DNA from: Octopus sinensis
Lineage: Eukaryota
Reading direction: 5' to 3'
DNA: 64,000 nucleotides
Assembly (NCBI RefSeq): GCF_006345805.1
Contig: NW_021825323.1
Coordinates: forward strand, 868,001 to 932,000
In this document: positions 49,445 through 62,468 of the stretch, piece after piece
Position numbering within the stretch: the stretch's first letter is position 1
How the letters are laid out: each line of letters begins with the position of its first letter
Notes under the pieces: model-generated
The model's database searches: none
What the model was told of the DNA's origin: nothing
What the model saw: the letters and a program-made list of their open reading frames with translations, nothing else
Program-made: the position numbers and the translations under genes

Positions 49445-50050
49445 TGTCGCGAGCGCTGCGAGCGACCGAGCGCAGCGAGCGATCACTCAATTTCTAGATG
49501 CGATCAATCAACAAATTCATAAATTGACAAATAGCCGGGCTGGTATTTGGGTTTAAATATATTCGATTACAAAAATTAAAATCGATGCCAAAGCAGAATG
49601 TGCTTTAAAACCGATTTCATAAATAAAAATAAAATTTTAAAATTTATAATTGATATTTTAGAATAATGAGAAAAAATCTAAATGCTTCATAATTTATTAA
49701 AATGTCAAAACAAGAATCTTCTGAAGGAGCAAGCCTGTCTGCACAGTTCATTTGTGATTAGAAGACCTAATTTTAGAGATTGAAACGAGAAATAGCAATG
49801 AGATCTGTCAAATTATTACCCCCTCACAACCTAAACCAAATTAGCGTTCAGTATTCATTGATTTTACTTTTTATATTAAGGTCTACTTATAAATTATTTT
49901 ATGGGATTCAATGGAAAACTTAAGTTATTTCAATTTTAATTTTAAATCATGTTAAAATTTTAAATAATTTAATAAATATCTTTGTTGATGACAGGCTTGT
50001 TAGGCGTCAAAGTCGCTCTCAGCGCTCGGTCGCTCGCAGCGCTCGCGACA
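49445..50050. mobile_element. 606-bp MITE (TGTC...GACA, Ginger-like)
   Basis: 29-bp perfect GC-rich TIR TGTCGCGAGCGCTGCGAGCGACCGAGCGC; TSD TAATA at 49440-49444 and 50051-50055. Confidence 0.93.
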
Positions 50051-50349
50051 TAATAAAGTATTTGAGCTCCATGAATTTGTTTTGGATTCCTTCATGTTCA
50101 ATTGGAGACGCATTTATTTAAAATTTGTCGACTTTAAATCTCGAAATTGCGTAAATTTTAATTCTTAGTAGACTATATAATCGGTCGCGTCCAAAGTGGA
50201 TAAATTTATGTTCATACTACCGTCGATTATTGTTATTTTCAGTTCTATCTCTTTAATAGTAAAAACGGAGTTTAACATTATCTGGGATGAAATAACAAAT
50301 TTCATTTTCAAATGTTAACATTTTTGCAAAAAATTTGATTTTTCATCAT

Positions 50350-51063
50350 TTTTTGGCGTAATTTCGCTCTGCATTATATCTTCCGATTGAAATTTCTTAA
50401 TTTTGCTCTGCATTCTGATGATATACTGCGCGTTAATTTACCGAGTCGTTATGGGAGCATCGGCACCCGCTCTTGCTGGGATTTATCCATCCCATGTTAC
50501 CTATCATCGTTGTCAGCTTCCATTAATTCCGTCAACTCTGTTCTTTTTCCATCTTCTGAACAGTGCGAGTTGTTGGAATATGCAGCTGGTGTCAACGAAT
50601 GGGTTTCCAGGGGGTTTAAAATCCCGGACATTCCATCTGTTCAAAGGAACTGGAATAACATGTATTGCTCGCACGCGGGGACGGAAAACGTCCTGATGGG
50701 TCGACTTAATTCCCGTTCAGGGAGTCACTGGCCCTTGTGTGGGATGTTGCCTGCGTAGACTCATTTTCCTCATCATCGCTAATCGACCCTGCTTCCCGTC
50801 CTGGATCTGAATTTGCCCTTGTCGAATCTAGGAAAACTGCAAAATATGCCTCGGTGACGGATACCTGGTGCTTCATCCCCTTGGCTTTCGAGAACAGTTG
50901 GATAATTGTACCCAAAGCGCTCAAACTACTCTCAGAGATTGGTTTAAGCATCTCTAGAAGGAGTCACGACGGTCGTGAAACAAGCTGGCTTTTTCAACGG
51001 ATATCATTTGTGATATTACGTAGGAATTGGCTGTCCATTCCCTCGGTGACTATTTTATATTAG
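50350..51063 (+). mobile_element. Multiply deleted CRE-like 3' fragment
   Basis: LPSRYGSIGTRS..DLSIP, DGKRPDG, WDVACVDSF, KTAKY, SWLFQRIS. Confidence 0.85.
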
Positions 51064-51551
51064 CGAACAGTTCTTTCATGTTTTTCTTTACAAAAAAATT
51101 AATTTCCTTTCTCCTCTTCTTTAGTTTTTGGAATAAAAATGCTCTCTTGAATATTATAAATTCTAATTCTGAGTTCTTTACGATCCAAAGCATTGACAAA
51201 TCTTCTTTATTTCCTGTATAATTTTTGTTTTTCTTTTTTAAATTTGCAAGTCTCTTCATTTTGAACGTTTCTGTTATTTGAACCTTTTTAAGGATAACTT
51301 TTGGCGAATACGTGTACTCTTGAAAAATATTTCCTTTGGAAACAGAAATATAGTAACATAATCCCATCTAAACAAAATTCTTGACAAATGAATAAAAAAT
51401 CAGTGGATTTAAAAGACTTTTATTGATATCACTGACAATTTTAATAAGATTCTTAAAAACACTTTAAAGTTGAAGAGGAATTGTCATAACAAGAGACTGA
51501 CAATGCGACATGCAGTGAAAATATCACACATTTTTATCGAAAGATTGTCCC

Positions 51552-53191
51552 TTATCTCAGAAAACAGTTGTATCCATACATTGCTGCTACTTCATCTGTG
51601 ATACATGCACTAATATTTTTCCGCTAATGGATACGCGCACCCTGCTTTGATAAACACTGGTATAAAGAGTCTTCTTCCACACAGATATAAAAGAAACAGA
51701 TTTTGTTTAAGCTCCATATAGAAAAATAAAAAGTAGAGAAATATATCAAATAAGCTCCACGTAATTTAATGCCTTGTCTGTGAGAATTACTTTCAAGACC
51801 AATTCTGTTCCAGTTCTGATATCTTGAGTTGTGCTCTCCTTATTACTAAACAATCCACACAACACGGCCTGGGTAAAACTATCAAAATTACCTGAAAGGG
51901 AAGTTCACATAAGTCTTTACTAAGAGGTTTCAAAGAATTAACAGAACACACAATCGGACTGCCACTGTCTAACGACACCAATCCGCAGTCGTTTTGACGA
52001 ACCCAAAGTATTTTGCAACGATCAGAGTCCATAATTACGTAATCTCCTTCATTGAACTGTACAGATAGGGCTGTGGCGTGTTCCTAATTCGTTAGTTAAG
52101 CCTTTCCGTCATACTTTGAGCTGTTGTTTCATCATAATCAGATCTTGACTGTAAAAAACAGAATTAACATAAAAATGGGAATTGCTTACAAAATGAGACA
52201 CGACGACCTGAAAATATAAGAATAAATAAACTTGATGATTAAATCGACGGTCTAATCTAACAAAATATTTTGAAGAAAATATATCTGAAGTCAAATCTGG
52301 GCATTTGTCAGAGCCACAATCTTCTACCACAGGTAAAGTGGGCTCGTCGAAAATAACAGAATCAAACTTCAAATTAACAAGATCATTGCTCTGGTTTTCA
52401 GAAAACTGAGTTTCTTTAAAGTTTCCGCGTTCGACTTGATTTTGACAAATTCCCATATCATCAAACGAAATCAAGTCTTTGGACTCAACGATGCCGTTAA
52501 AACATAGCAGATCATTGGATATTTTCTCAATCTGAGACTCATTCGGAACAACCTTTTCTTCCACAGGAAAGTCAAAATCAATTAAATTTGTCGAACAGTC
52601 TGGGGAAAACTCGATTAGTGCCGGGTTTCCTGCATTATTAGAAAGCTCAATATTGAGAGTGTCATTAAAATCATTTCCAGTTTCAAAAGAATTTGAGTTA
52701 GTTTTTATTTCCGAATCAGTGGGATTGAGATCGTTTGAGTCTTGATCATAGAATTTTGTGTATTTTTTAGGCTCTTCATTTTTTGTCACTTCAGATTCCT
52801 GTATATTTATGTTTGGAACTGTTTTTCGTTCGCGGGAATAGGAAACATGAATGTTTTGTCCACAAATAGAGTATCCGTCAAACTCAATGATTATTCTTTC
52901 GGCTTGTTTTTGATTTCTGACATTGACAAAACCAAATTTTCTTGCATTATCTCTCGATATTATTCGAATATCCAGGACCTCAGAAACTTGTTGGAATAGA
53001 TTTTTGATGATATGTTCGTTTACTTTTTGTGGAATATGATTTACAAACAATAAAGACTCGTGAAATTTATAATCAGAGTCGTTGTGGACAATTGGTTTTG
53101 AGAAAGTTTTTTGACTAAGTTTAGAATCATTATTCCTAAGTTGTTTATAAAGTGATTGAGAAAATAAATTGTCCTTGTTTGGATCAATCAT
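51552..53191 (-). CDS. RRM plus Tudor-domain protein (Vreteno/TDRD10-like)
   Basis: RNP2 LFVNHIP and RNP1 KFGFVNV; extended-Tudor VVVSHFVSNSHFYV...RCKIL...LKPLSKDLCELPFQAVLC. Confidence 0.75.
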
Positions 53192-53354
53192 CACGTGAAC
53201 AATATTTAAGTCGATTTTATATAAATATTATTTTAATAGATAACAACAATTTAATTAAATTAAAAATATTCTTTTCTGAAAAAAACTAGAGTGATTTTAT
53301 GGAAAACCTAATTTTTGTTCATATTAACTAGGCAAAGAGAAAAGTTCAATTTAG

Positions 53355-53690
53355 ATTAGTCGCCGAGCGGATGAACATACAATTTCCACGTAATCTCGTG
53401 AGGGATACCTTTTAAAATTGCAGCTCGTTTCACGACTGTCATGATTTTTCGTTGAGATGATTAAACCAATTTTTGACATGAATTTGAGAACTTTTGGCCA
53501 ATTACCCCGCTGGCTTCGAAAGCCAGCTGGATGAAGCAACAAGTGTCAACCAAGGAAGCATAATTTGTGATTTTCTTAGTTTCAGAAAGAGCGGAGCCTG
53601 ATCCAGGGGAAAAAGCAGAGTCTATGAGTTATGATAAGGAAAACGAGTCAAAACGAGTTACATCCCATACGAGGGCAAGTTCGATCTTAA
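53355..53690 (-). mobile_element. CRE-like 3' fragment, degraded
   Basis: LVWDVTRFDSFS...ETRKITNY...HDSRETS...RGNC. Confidence 0.75.
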
Positions 53691-53699
53691 AAAAATGAT

Positions 53700-54740
53700 C
53701 ATATAGTGCATATCGTCTACTTTTTAGATTTGCATTTTCATCTTGTCGAAGAAGTACATAGTCCCCACGTTCATCGTACTTCCATTTTCAACGTTCTTGC
53801 ATTTTGAAGCCTGCGCATTGTAGCATGACATAGACTTGCTTCTTCTAGTTCGTCAAAATTATATGCGAGCAGAGATTGTAGATGTTCATCAGGCAAGCCG
53901 TTCAATCGATTAACATCCAAGAAAAGATAAAAGGGTACTACTTTCATGGTTCCATGTATCATAGGAATATATGATTCGTTGGATATTTTGGTATTTACTA
54001 AATACACCATTAACTGCTGAAGCAGAAGAAAGTCATCTTTTAATAGATTGGTTAAATCTATAATTTTAATATATCCTCTCAGAATGAACCTGAATCCACA
54101 GAGCTCGGGGCCTTCCAAAAATATGTTTCAGTCAATATTCTTGACATAGACACCATCAAAAAATTAATTGGCCCCTGTATGTACACAAAACTTTGCTAAA
54201 TAAATTTGATATTTCGCCAGTGGTTTTCAAATGTGTTAGTTCGACAATCCAAAATCTTAAAAATGAGTCAATCACAACGAAAATCTTAATAAACATCATT
54301 CGTTCGATTACCCATGAATTATTTTCGTTTTTTCCAGCATATCGTTGTACATTGATCAGATCAGCCATATAGCGATCTCGAAGTTGTCTAGCAAAATGGG
54401 TGTAAAGTGGACGCATTTATTCACAATTTTGCCGACCTCAAGTCTCAATAACTTCTGCCGGGTATTTTGGGGTAATTACCGGACTTAAAAATGTTGTTTT
54501 CAATATTTATATACTTAGGGAAAATTCGCTGTGAGCATAAATCAGAAAGATGAGCTTTTAAAACAGCTTCCTGGAATTATTTGTGAGTTTTTTATTTCAA
54601 TATAAAATTTCAATATATTATTACAATTTATTCTCACCAGGGATAAAAAGAAACAATTTGCATCGTTTTTGGTCAGAGATGTCCTTGAAAGTTCTTCCAC
54701 ATATGAAGAGACTGTAAATCGACTCAAATCAACGCCCATT
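53700..54740 (-). CDS. Unidentified intron-containing gene or pseudogene
   Basis: Three adjacent minus-strand ORFs with tiny-intron-like GT..AG segments; no family recognised. Confidence 0.35.
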
Positions 54741-55199
54741 ATATCACCATGCTACTTCATTGTAGGTTCAGTTGACGAATCAGATGTTTTGTAAAATTAA
54801 TGACTTTGAAAGAGGACTGTGATTACACGTACCTCTACCGCATACAATCTTTAGAATATGACCGACAACAGCAACATTGGGAATCCATGGTTTATTCTGC
54901 AGACAAATTATGATAATTATTAAATACACGTCAACAAGGATACCAATATATGATAGAAGCCACTATAAATGTACTAATTCTACCATTAATGATTATTAGT
55001 CCATGGAAAATGATGGATTGATCAATGTACTGAGTAAAATTCCTCTGCTAAACAAGGTCGTTTTGTTTTGCTTTAGAATTAGTTGACTGTATATTCTGTC
55101 GTATTTGACATTAAACGGTCTGAACTTTTGCTTTAGATGCAGTACTGTACTCAGCCCAAATGTCCTCTTTTTTAGCTTAATATCACCAATCTCCTATAT

Positions 55200-55560
55200 C
55201 AGGGTTTCTTAACCGGGGGTACATGCGCCTAGGGGGTACGCGAAACAATTTTTGTGATTATTCAGATATGTTTCGATTCTTGCACACTTGTGGAATTTTG
55301 GAGTAAAGTATTCGTTATTGATTATGGCTAGCATGCAATATTTAATTCCTTATCCAACAACATACTTATGCGAAACTGCGATGTCTTGTTTATCATTTAT
55401 TAAAAATAAATCTCGTAATCGATTGAAAGTTGGAGATGATATGCGAATCGCTCTTAGCAACATGGATCCGAATATTAGAAAACTTGTTGCAGAAAAGCAA
55501 CAACAAATATCTCACTAGAATTAAAACTTTACACTTTTTCGACATATATTTATTTACTTC
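55200..55560 (+). mobile_element. Internally deleted Buster-type hAT (left TIR joined to the dimerisation domain)
   Basis: CAGGGTTTCTTAACC...GGGGTAC repeats; PTTYLCETAMS...KSRNRL...DMRIALS...KQQQISH. Confidence 0.8.
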
Positions 55561-55569
55561 CTTCTGAGT

Positions 55570-57720
55570 GAGTTCAAACGTTCCGCTTTCGAACAAGCAA
55601 TTGCAAACCTTCAGGATGAGCAGGCATACTCAACCGTCGGGGCAATAACTTGTTGATAGACCTTGCTGACACAATCTTTCAGGGGGAAGGGACTCTTCTT
55701 TAACAGAGCTTTCAAGACGTTCCACTTCCGAAGACCTTAAATAGAACTTCCTTCACGCTACTTGAGAACGTCTTAAGGAGTCGAAAATTACGCCAAGGCT
55801 TCTAGGAACGCGAAGAGGGAATAGGCTTGTCTCCAATGAATAGTTCCAGTCCATTCTTGAATCTTCTATCAGTAGTGAAGAGGATGAATTGGGATTAGAT
55901 GCAGACACACACACATGTTTGCAGGAGCTAATCACATACACGGTTGAGGTGTGACTGGACCATTGCAACAGCCAAGAAGGAGATTTTTCTTGCAGCGATA
56001 ATCAGGTCGTCCGCATAGGATAAGAACATAATGTCTGGGTCATTAGTAATGGGTAGGTCATGTAGAAATAGGTTAAAGAGGAGGGGAGATAAAGGGGAGC
56101 CTTGTGGGACACCATTGGGCAGTAGTCTTGGTCTTGAAGTAGTATTGTCAATACGGACCCTTCCGCGTCGGCCAGTTAAGAAATTTTCCAACCACAGTTT
56201 TATGTTCGGATGTAAGTTCGAATCGAATATCTTTCGCGTTAGAAGTTTCCTCGGGACAGAATCAAAGGCTTTTGTATATCGATGGATACTAAGACCGTCC
56301 GTATGTGTGTTCCCATGTGAAACTGTCAGTAATAAACTGGGAGACAGAACACAAATGTGTCGTTGTGGAACGATCTGGTCTAAAACCGTGCTGAAATTCT
56401 GGCAATTGTTGAACAGGAGAGATTCGCGTTAATACAAGCTTTTCCAATACTTTCGATAAAATACAAGTTATTGAGATCGGTTGGTATGAAGAGGGAACAT
56501 CCTTTGGTTTCCCAGGCTTTAGAATTGGCGTAATTAGGGAGTTTTTCCATATATTAGGTATCGTACGTAAGTTGATAGAGTCGTTATATAGTATTGATAG
56601 TACGATCCGTGCCCAGGGTCCCAGGTGTTTGAGGTGAATAGCACAAATCTCGTCGGGGCCACAAGCACGGGTGGGACGTAGAGATTTAATAGCCTTGTCA
56701 ACATCATCCGGTGTGAAGAAGGTGGAATACCGTTCTGGTCGCGGTTCAATATGTGGAGTGCGGAAGAAGTCTTTATGGCTGATCGATACGTAGTACTTCA
56801 TAATCTTGTTTGCAGGTTTGCGAGCGAGTTCCGAGGAATTGTTGGCAACGACCTTAGTTCCTTCGTCCTCTTCGCCGATAAGGCAATTGATCCTTCTTAG
56901 CGTTTCCCAGAAGGTGGCGCAGGAATTTTTGTGACATAATCGTCCAACGAGACGACTCCACTTGAGTCCGTTATTAGTCCGGAACAGTTCAGAAATTTTA
57001 ATATTCAACGAACGTACAGTATGATATGAATCATTGGACTTGTTTTTCTTCAGGGCATCCCGTTCTTTGATAAGTGGTAGGATTTGTGATGATAATCTTG
57101 GATTAAACTTCTTTTATGAAGCGACAGGTATAAATAATTTATCGGCTTTCAAAATAATAGTAGACAGGATCTTGTCCGTCCTTTCCACCGTGCAATTTTC
57201 CATAGTGAGATCGAGCAGGCAGTCGTCCACATACGACCCGAAACCATGCCAGTTAGCCTTCGAGTAATTTTTGAACTTGTAGAACAGCGCATTGGGCAGA
57301 AAGGCCTTCTAAGTCTCAGTACAATTGGGTTATGGTCGCTTGAGAAACCATAACAAACATTCCACAAGATATATCCAGCCAAGGATGGAGTGCAGAGAGA
57401 CAGGTCCGGGGATGTTGGGCTGTCTCTTCTGCGGGTTGGTGTCCTTGTATGAGCGTATGGGTTGTTTAGGATAGTCAACGGAAAGAATGTGCTCGCCTCG
57501 AATGTCGGCCGGTTGAGACCGGAGCCAGAGCGGATGCTTGGCATTTAGGTCGCCGCATAGCAGCAAGTCCTTTAGTCCGCAAAGTTTCAATAAGTTGGGC
57601 GTATACTTTGGAATAAAGGAAGTCGTAGAACTCTGAGGTGGGACATATAGATTGCACAATGTATAATGTCTTGAGGGTGAAAAAGGAACTTCGCGCAATA
57701 ACGAAGTGGTCAAATGTTTG
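55570..57720 (-). mobile_element. Jockey/I-like LINE ORF2 (APE plus RT), frameshifted
   Basis: NLYVPP, GDLNAKH, SPDLSL, SDHNPI; YQPISITCILSKVLEK, QHGFRP, GVPQGSPLSPLLFN, YADD. Confidence 0.9.
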
Positions 57721-57769
57721 CATTTTCATTTATATAGCCAATGTGAGACAAAAAGACGTAAAATTAAAA

Positions 57770-58010
57770 CTCATTCGGTTCAATTGTGAAAATCCGAGTT
57801 GGCGCAAACTTTCTCACGGATATCACTATCTCGATAACAAACTTGTTATTTGTGTCCACGATAAATCGAGAAATACAACTACTCTTTTCGGCGTGAAAAT
57901 CACTTCACAAAATTTCCACAACCAGGTAAAAGTAAAAAAGATCCACAAATATGACATTTTGGCAAATGAACTGGGGGCAATCCACTGGTCGAAAGCGAAA
58001 ATCACTAAAA
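57770..58010 (+). mobile_element. R4-like RLE fragment
   Basis: VHDK...QVKVKKIHKYDILANELG. Confidence 0.7.
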
Positions 58011-58689
58011 TTCTTTAAGACCCATTTGGATGGCTCGACATATCCAGAGAATGTTATTGTTAAACCATAAAGATCATGCAAGCTGAGATAAGACATGAGT
58101 TATTGATCCGTTTTGAGGAAATAGCTCCTAAATCTGAACTGCGCGTCAACATTGATTTGACCATCCAAGTAGTGAACGTGAAACTTAAGAGGGAGTGGTT
58201 TATATAGCAAAATACAGTTATTATTTTATTATTACGAAGAAAATCACTAACAACTTTCGCTCTTAAAAGACTGAAAAATTTATGGCTAGGAGGTAAACAA
58301 ATTGCTGCTTTTTTAAAAATCAAATTATACAATATTTTTGTATAACCAGTCTTATTAAGAAACTCTTTTACATACGCACTCGCAATGCATGAAATTGAAA
58401 TTCTGAAATCCTTTTATAGAATGCAGCTCAGATGCATTTTAAGAATATTCCGGCCAAAGCACATCTAAAACAACTACCTTTACTCCTTTTACAATACACA
58501 CCTCCCAGACAAAGAGATAAAAAGTAACAGATGGGGCTTATTCGGTCACATCTTAAAAATGAACAGGAACACGCTAATCTCACAATGGAACACCACTACA
58601 CTCCTCATCCGAGATCGACCATCAGAGGAAGACCATATATTCGCTCCCAACCTTTCTACATCAATACCTAACCTTGATTGGAAATTGTC

Positions 58690-59900
58690 TAGAAGAACTC
58701 AAATTCCAAATTAGGAAAGTTCAGTCAGAGAGACTTTCGAAAGCCAACTCCAAAGATGCAGCAAAGGATGGTAAATACTGATATCCTGGCTGGATTAAAC
58801 TCTGCAATTTATCATATTACAAAAGATGATCCGCCCCAAGATATTAATCAAATTACCGATATTCTTTATGCTACACAGTGTGCTTATTTGGCCTTAACAA
58901 CAAGAGCCAGACCACAGAGCACATGGTTAGAAAACACGGAAAGAAAAATCTCTAAATTAGCAGATGAAATTGACACAGTTCGTTCCTTCTCCAAACAAAC
59001 CTTGCCTCAGGCAGAAAAGCAAAAGGCAATGGATGTTCTCTGCCGCTACGGATATAAGAAGTCTAAGAAGGGAGAGCTAACCAGAATTGAAACTCCATTG
59101 AATGATCTAATTAGAATAAAAGAGAAACAGATATCTATTCATTCCTTGAGGAAGGATTTCCAAAAAGACAATGCGTGTTTTGAATTAAACCGCAGAAGAT
59201 TTTATCGAAATTTATCTTCGAGCAATGAAGCCACCCTATATGGGTTTGGTGATGGTGAGTGCTTGTCATTTTGGGAAGATTTCTGGAGCAAGAAAAATAT
59301 GGGGCCCGTAGTTTATGATTTTGTGGGTGTGAGGTGTACTGGCGGTGAAATCATGCGACCTCAACTCACAAGTGATTTTATTATGGATATGCTCAAATAC
59401 GCATCTGACTGGAAGGCATGCGGATGTGACGGAACGTATAACTTTTTCTTAAAGAAGATGGATTGTTTGCATGGGTTTTTGTGTGGCTTGCAAGACCGTT
59501 TAAGCAAGTTGAAGTGGAGAAATTTCACAAATACGACCTCCTTGCAAACGAACTGTCGGTTCTCTATGAAGCAAAAGTGAAGATTATTCCAATTGTCTTG
59601 ACATGGGATGGAGTTGTCTCAAATTTCTTTAAAAGTCATATGGACAAGTTATCCATTGAAGAAGGAACGAGGACATACATCCAGTCTGTTGTGCTGAAGA
59701 GGACTCTAGAGAGTATGCTTATCGAGCACAGACATGGGATGAAGGTAGACAACGAGGAGTACGCCTCTGCCGCCAATCAACTTGCGGAGCTGGCATGTCG
59801 TGAGGACACTCAGCTAAACAATTACTTTGACGCAGAAATGAAAAATGATGAGAATTTTGTTACAAACTCTTCTTCCAAGCGAAATTATTTTATTTTTGTA
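58690..59900 (+). mobile_element. R4-like non-LTR element with RT domain deleted
   Basis: Pre-RT FELNRRRFYR...WKACGCDGTYNFFLK joined directly to RLE tail VEVEKFHKYDLLANEL...IIPIVLTWDG. Confidence 0.75.
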
Positions 59901-60967
59901 GGACTTAAAAAAGAAAGACATTTTGCAGTAGTTGACCTCATTTTTCAGTAATCTTTCTAGACTGTTTTTCAGTGACCAGGGCGGTTATTTTGAAGAAGAA
60001 TATTTCGTGAATACTGTGTTCGCAACATCGCAGACCCCACATCCTGCAAATCCAAACTGCACCATCTCTTTTTTCAGAATGTTTTGCAAGCAATTCGTTC
60101 AGGGCACTAAAACTGAGAATATAAATTTAAGATCTTACGATGAGTAGGACCAATGATGTGATATTCTACAACTCTAGCCTGCCTGGGGAATCATTTTTGG
60201 CAATAAGGGGGACCAGGTTAACGCGGAAGGAGAGGGCAATACTATTCAGATCAAAGATACTAAGTTGACTACAGTTAATAAGTTTTTGGTAGACAGAGAA
60301 ATCAAATAAAAACAGCGGTGGTTTGTTTAATTTCCTATTTCCTGGGATTCAGAATTAGACTCGGTTTTGCCTGTAACCACTTGGCATATTAACTGTCTGT
60401 GTAATTGACAATCTTCGTGTGTGAATACTTACTTATTGCCCAAGTCCACAGTCTTTTCAACGTTAAGATTCAGCGTGATTCCCGACTCACAAAGCCCTGA
60501 TCAATTTCATGTATCTTGAGTCGCATGACAAATGTGAAATTTTAATTAAGTTTTTTGATTCCGGGAGAATTGCATTAATAATAATAATGTGTCTCTTTAG
60601 GTCTCAGGCTTAGGGCATCTAATTTCTTAATTTACCGCAATTAAGTTAGTTAAAGAAGGAATTCTTGACTGTAAAGCACCAGGAGGCACCTAAAAGGAGA
60701 TTTGATACGATAACTAATAAATCATTATTTCAGTTAAAAGCCAGATGTCATCAAACAAGTTTCTTCATTGTTAAAACACAAGTTTCTCAGGAATTTAATT
60801 TTTATGTAAGACGTATCTATAGCCGTAGGATATTAAACACTCTTAGGAAATTGATAATTTCCTGAAAATTGAGGCATTTTTATGCGCAAAGAATCGATAC
60901 TTTTTTAACTCAAAAAGTAGAATAGACTAGTAAAACTCGAAAAATTGAAAAATCAAAACCGTAATGA

Positions 60968-61970
60968 TTAAGAAGCCCCTTCCAAACCATTCAAAAGACC
61001 CTCCTTCTTCTCCTTATTCATAGCCTTTCGCTGAGTCAATGAGAGCTTGGGAGCCTTTTTGACAGTCCTGACAATTGACAACACCAAAAGAACATTTGGG
61101 CTGGACACCTCTTCTTCCCTACATCCACACGCATGGGATTCTCCCTTATCCTTTGATGACACCTCAAATATGTCTCCTCCATATCCTCAGGCTTCACAGC
61201 CGAACTCAACTTAGAGAATTGTTTAGCATATTTCTCGCTATCATATTCACGCAAATTCATTGCATATGAACTCACGTGCTTACCCAAAATACGATCCCTC
61301 AAATTTTCTGGGAATTTTTTGGTCCTATCAGATTTTTAGCCATCAAACACACCCATGTGGAATATCAAGTCCACCATCCAAGGCCCCTTTCATAGCGGCA
61401 AACACCTTGGCTCCCCGAGAGGAAGAAGCCAGACCAATGTCCATGATGACTTTCAATGGTTTGCTTTGTCCTTCGGCATGTTCAATTTGATAATCCTCTC
61501 CGATTTTACTCTCGTCGGTGTTTCCTGCATATATTCCGGCCAACCCATATTTCGTCAAAACCTAAAATATAGCCACATATCACATACTCTTCGAGCAAGT
61601 AAAAGACCTGTGCAGTAAGCGGCTGAATAATTGCTCAATCCAAAGTTAACTCCATAATTTGGGAGTTCGTGGGAATAAGCAGCACAAACCACGTGATCTC
61701 CGTTAAGTTTCCAGACTACGATTTGGCAAATGACATTTTTGTTCGTTATTCTGACCACTAAACGATGTTTAGGAGATGCGTATTTATTCTTGTATTGGAC
61801 CACAAGTTTTCTACGACGAGCATAGTTAGTGAGACACTCTGGAATAATTATTTAACTAATATTACGTCGTCGGCGTCTGAACTTTACTTGAAATCGGCTG
61901 AAATATGATTTATTTTTGACAACTTTGACTAATGCCTAAATTTTTAATATCTAGGAACATAACCAACCAT
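60968..61970 (-). CDS. RPL5: 60S ribosomal protein uL18
   Basis: [67 protein letters not shown]; 5 tiny introns. Confidence 0.97.
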
Positions 61971-62468
61971 CTAAGAAAGTAAAACGTTGCACGTTTTTTT
62001 GTATTAATTTATTTTTGAATTAAATAATTAAATGATTAAATTGAAATACAAATTTTTTAAAGAAAACATTCATTTATATACTGGTATTAATTTAAAGACA
62101 TTTTGAGAAGGCATGTGACATTTCAGACTAGCGACCCTTAACGAAAAAGCAATGCATCATTTTGCCTGAAAATTTTTTGTAGCGTCTTTGAGTTTCTGCA
62201 TTAAATATTCCGAGAAAGCCCCTGGACCTTTTGAATATTTTTTTAATCGAAACGTGTTCAAAAGAGTGGAGCATTTTTCACTCATCGGCTGGAGATTAAG
62301 AAAGTCAAAATTATAGCTATTTAATTGATTGATTTCTATAAATACTGAGATTTATTGATATAATGAAGAAATATCCGAGTCCCTCTAATATAAAAACCTT
62401 TTAGGATTAAAATAAGTAAAAGTTGATAAATTTATTAAACGAAAAAAGATTTTTGGTAAATAACCAGA

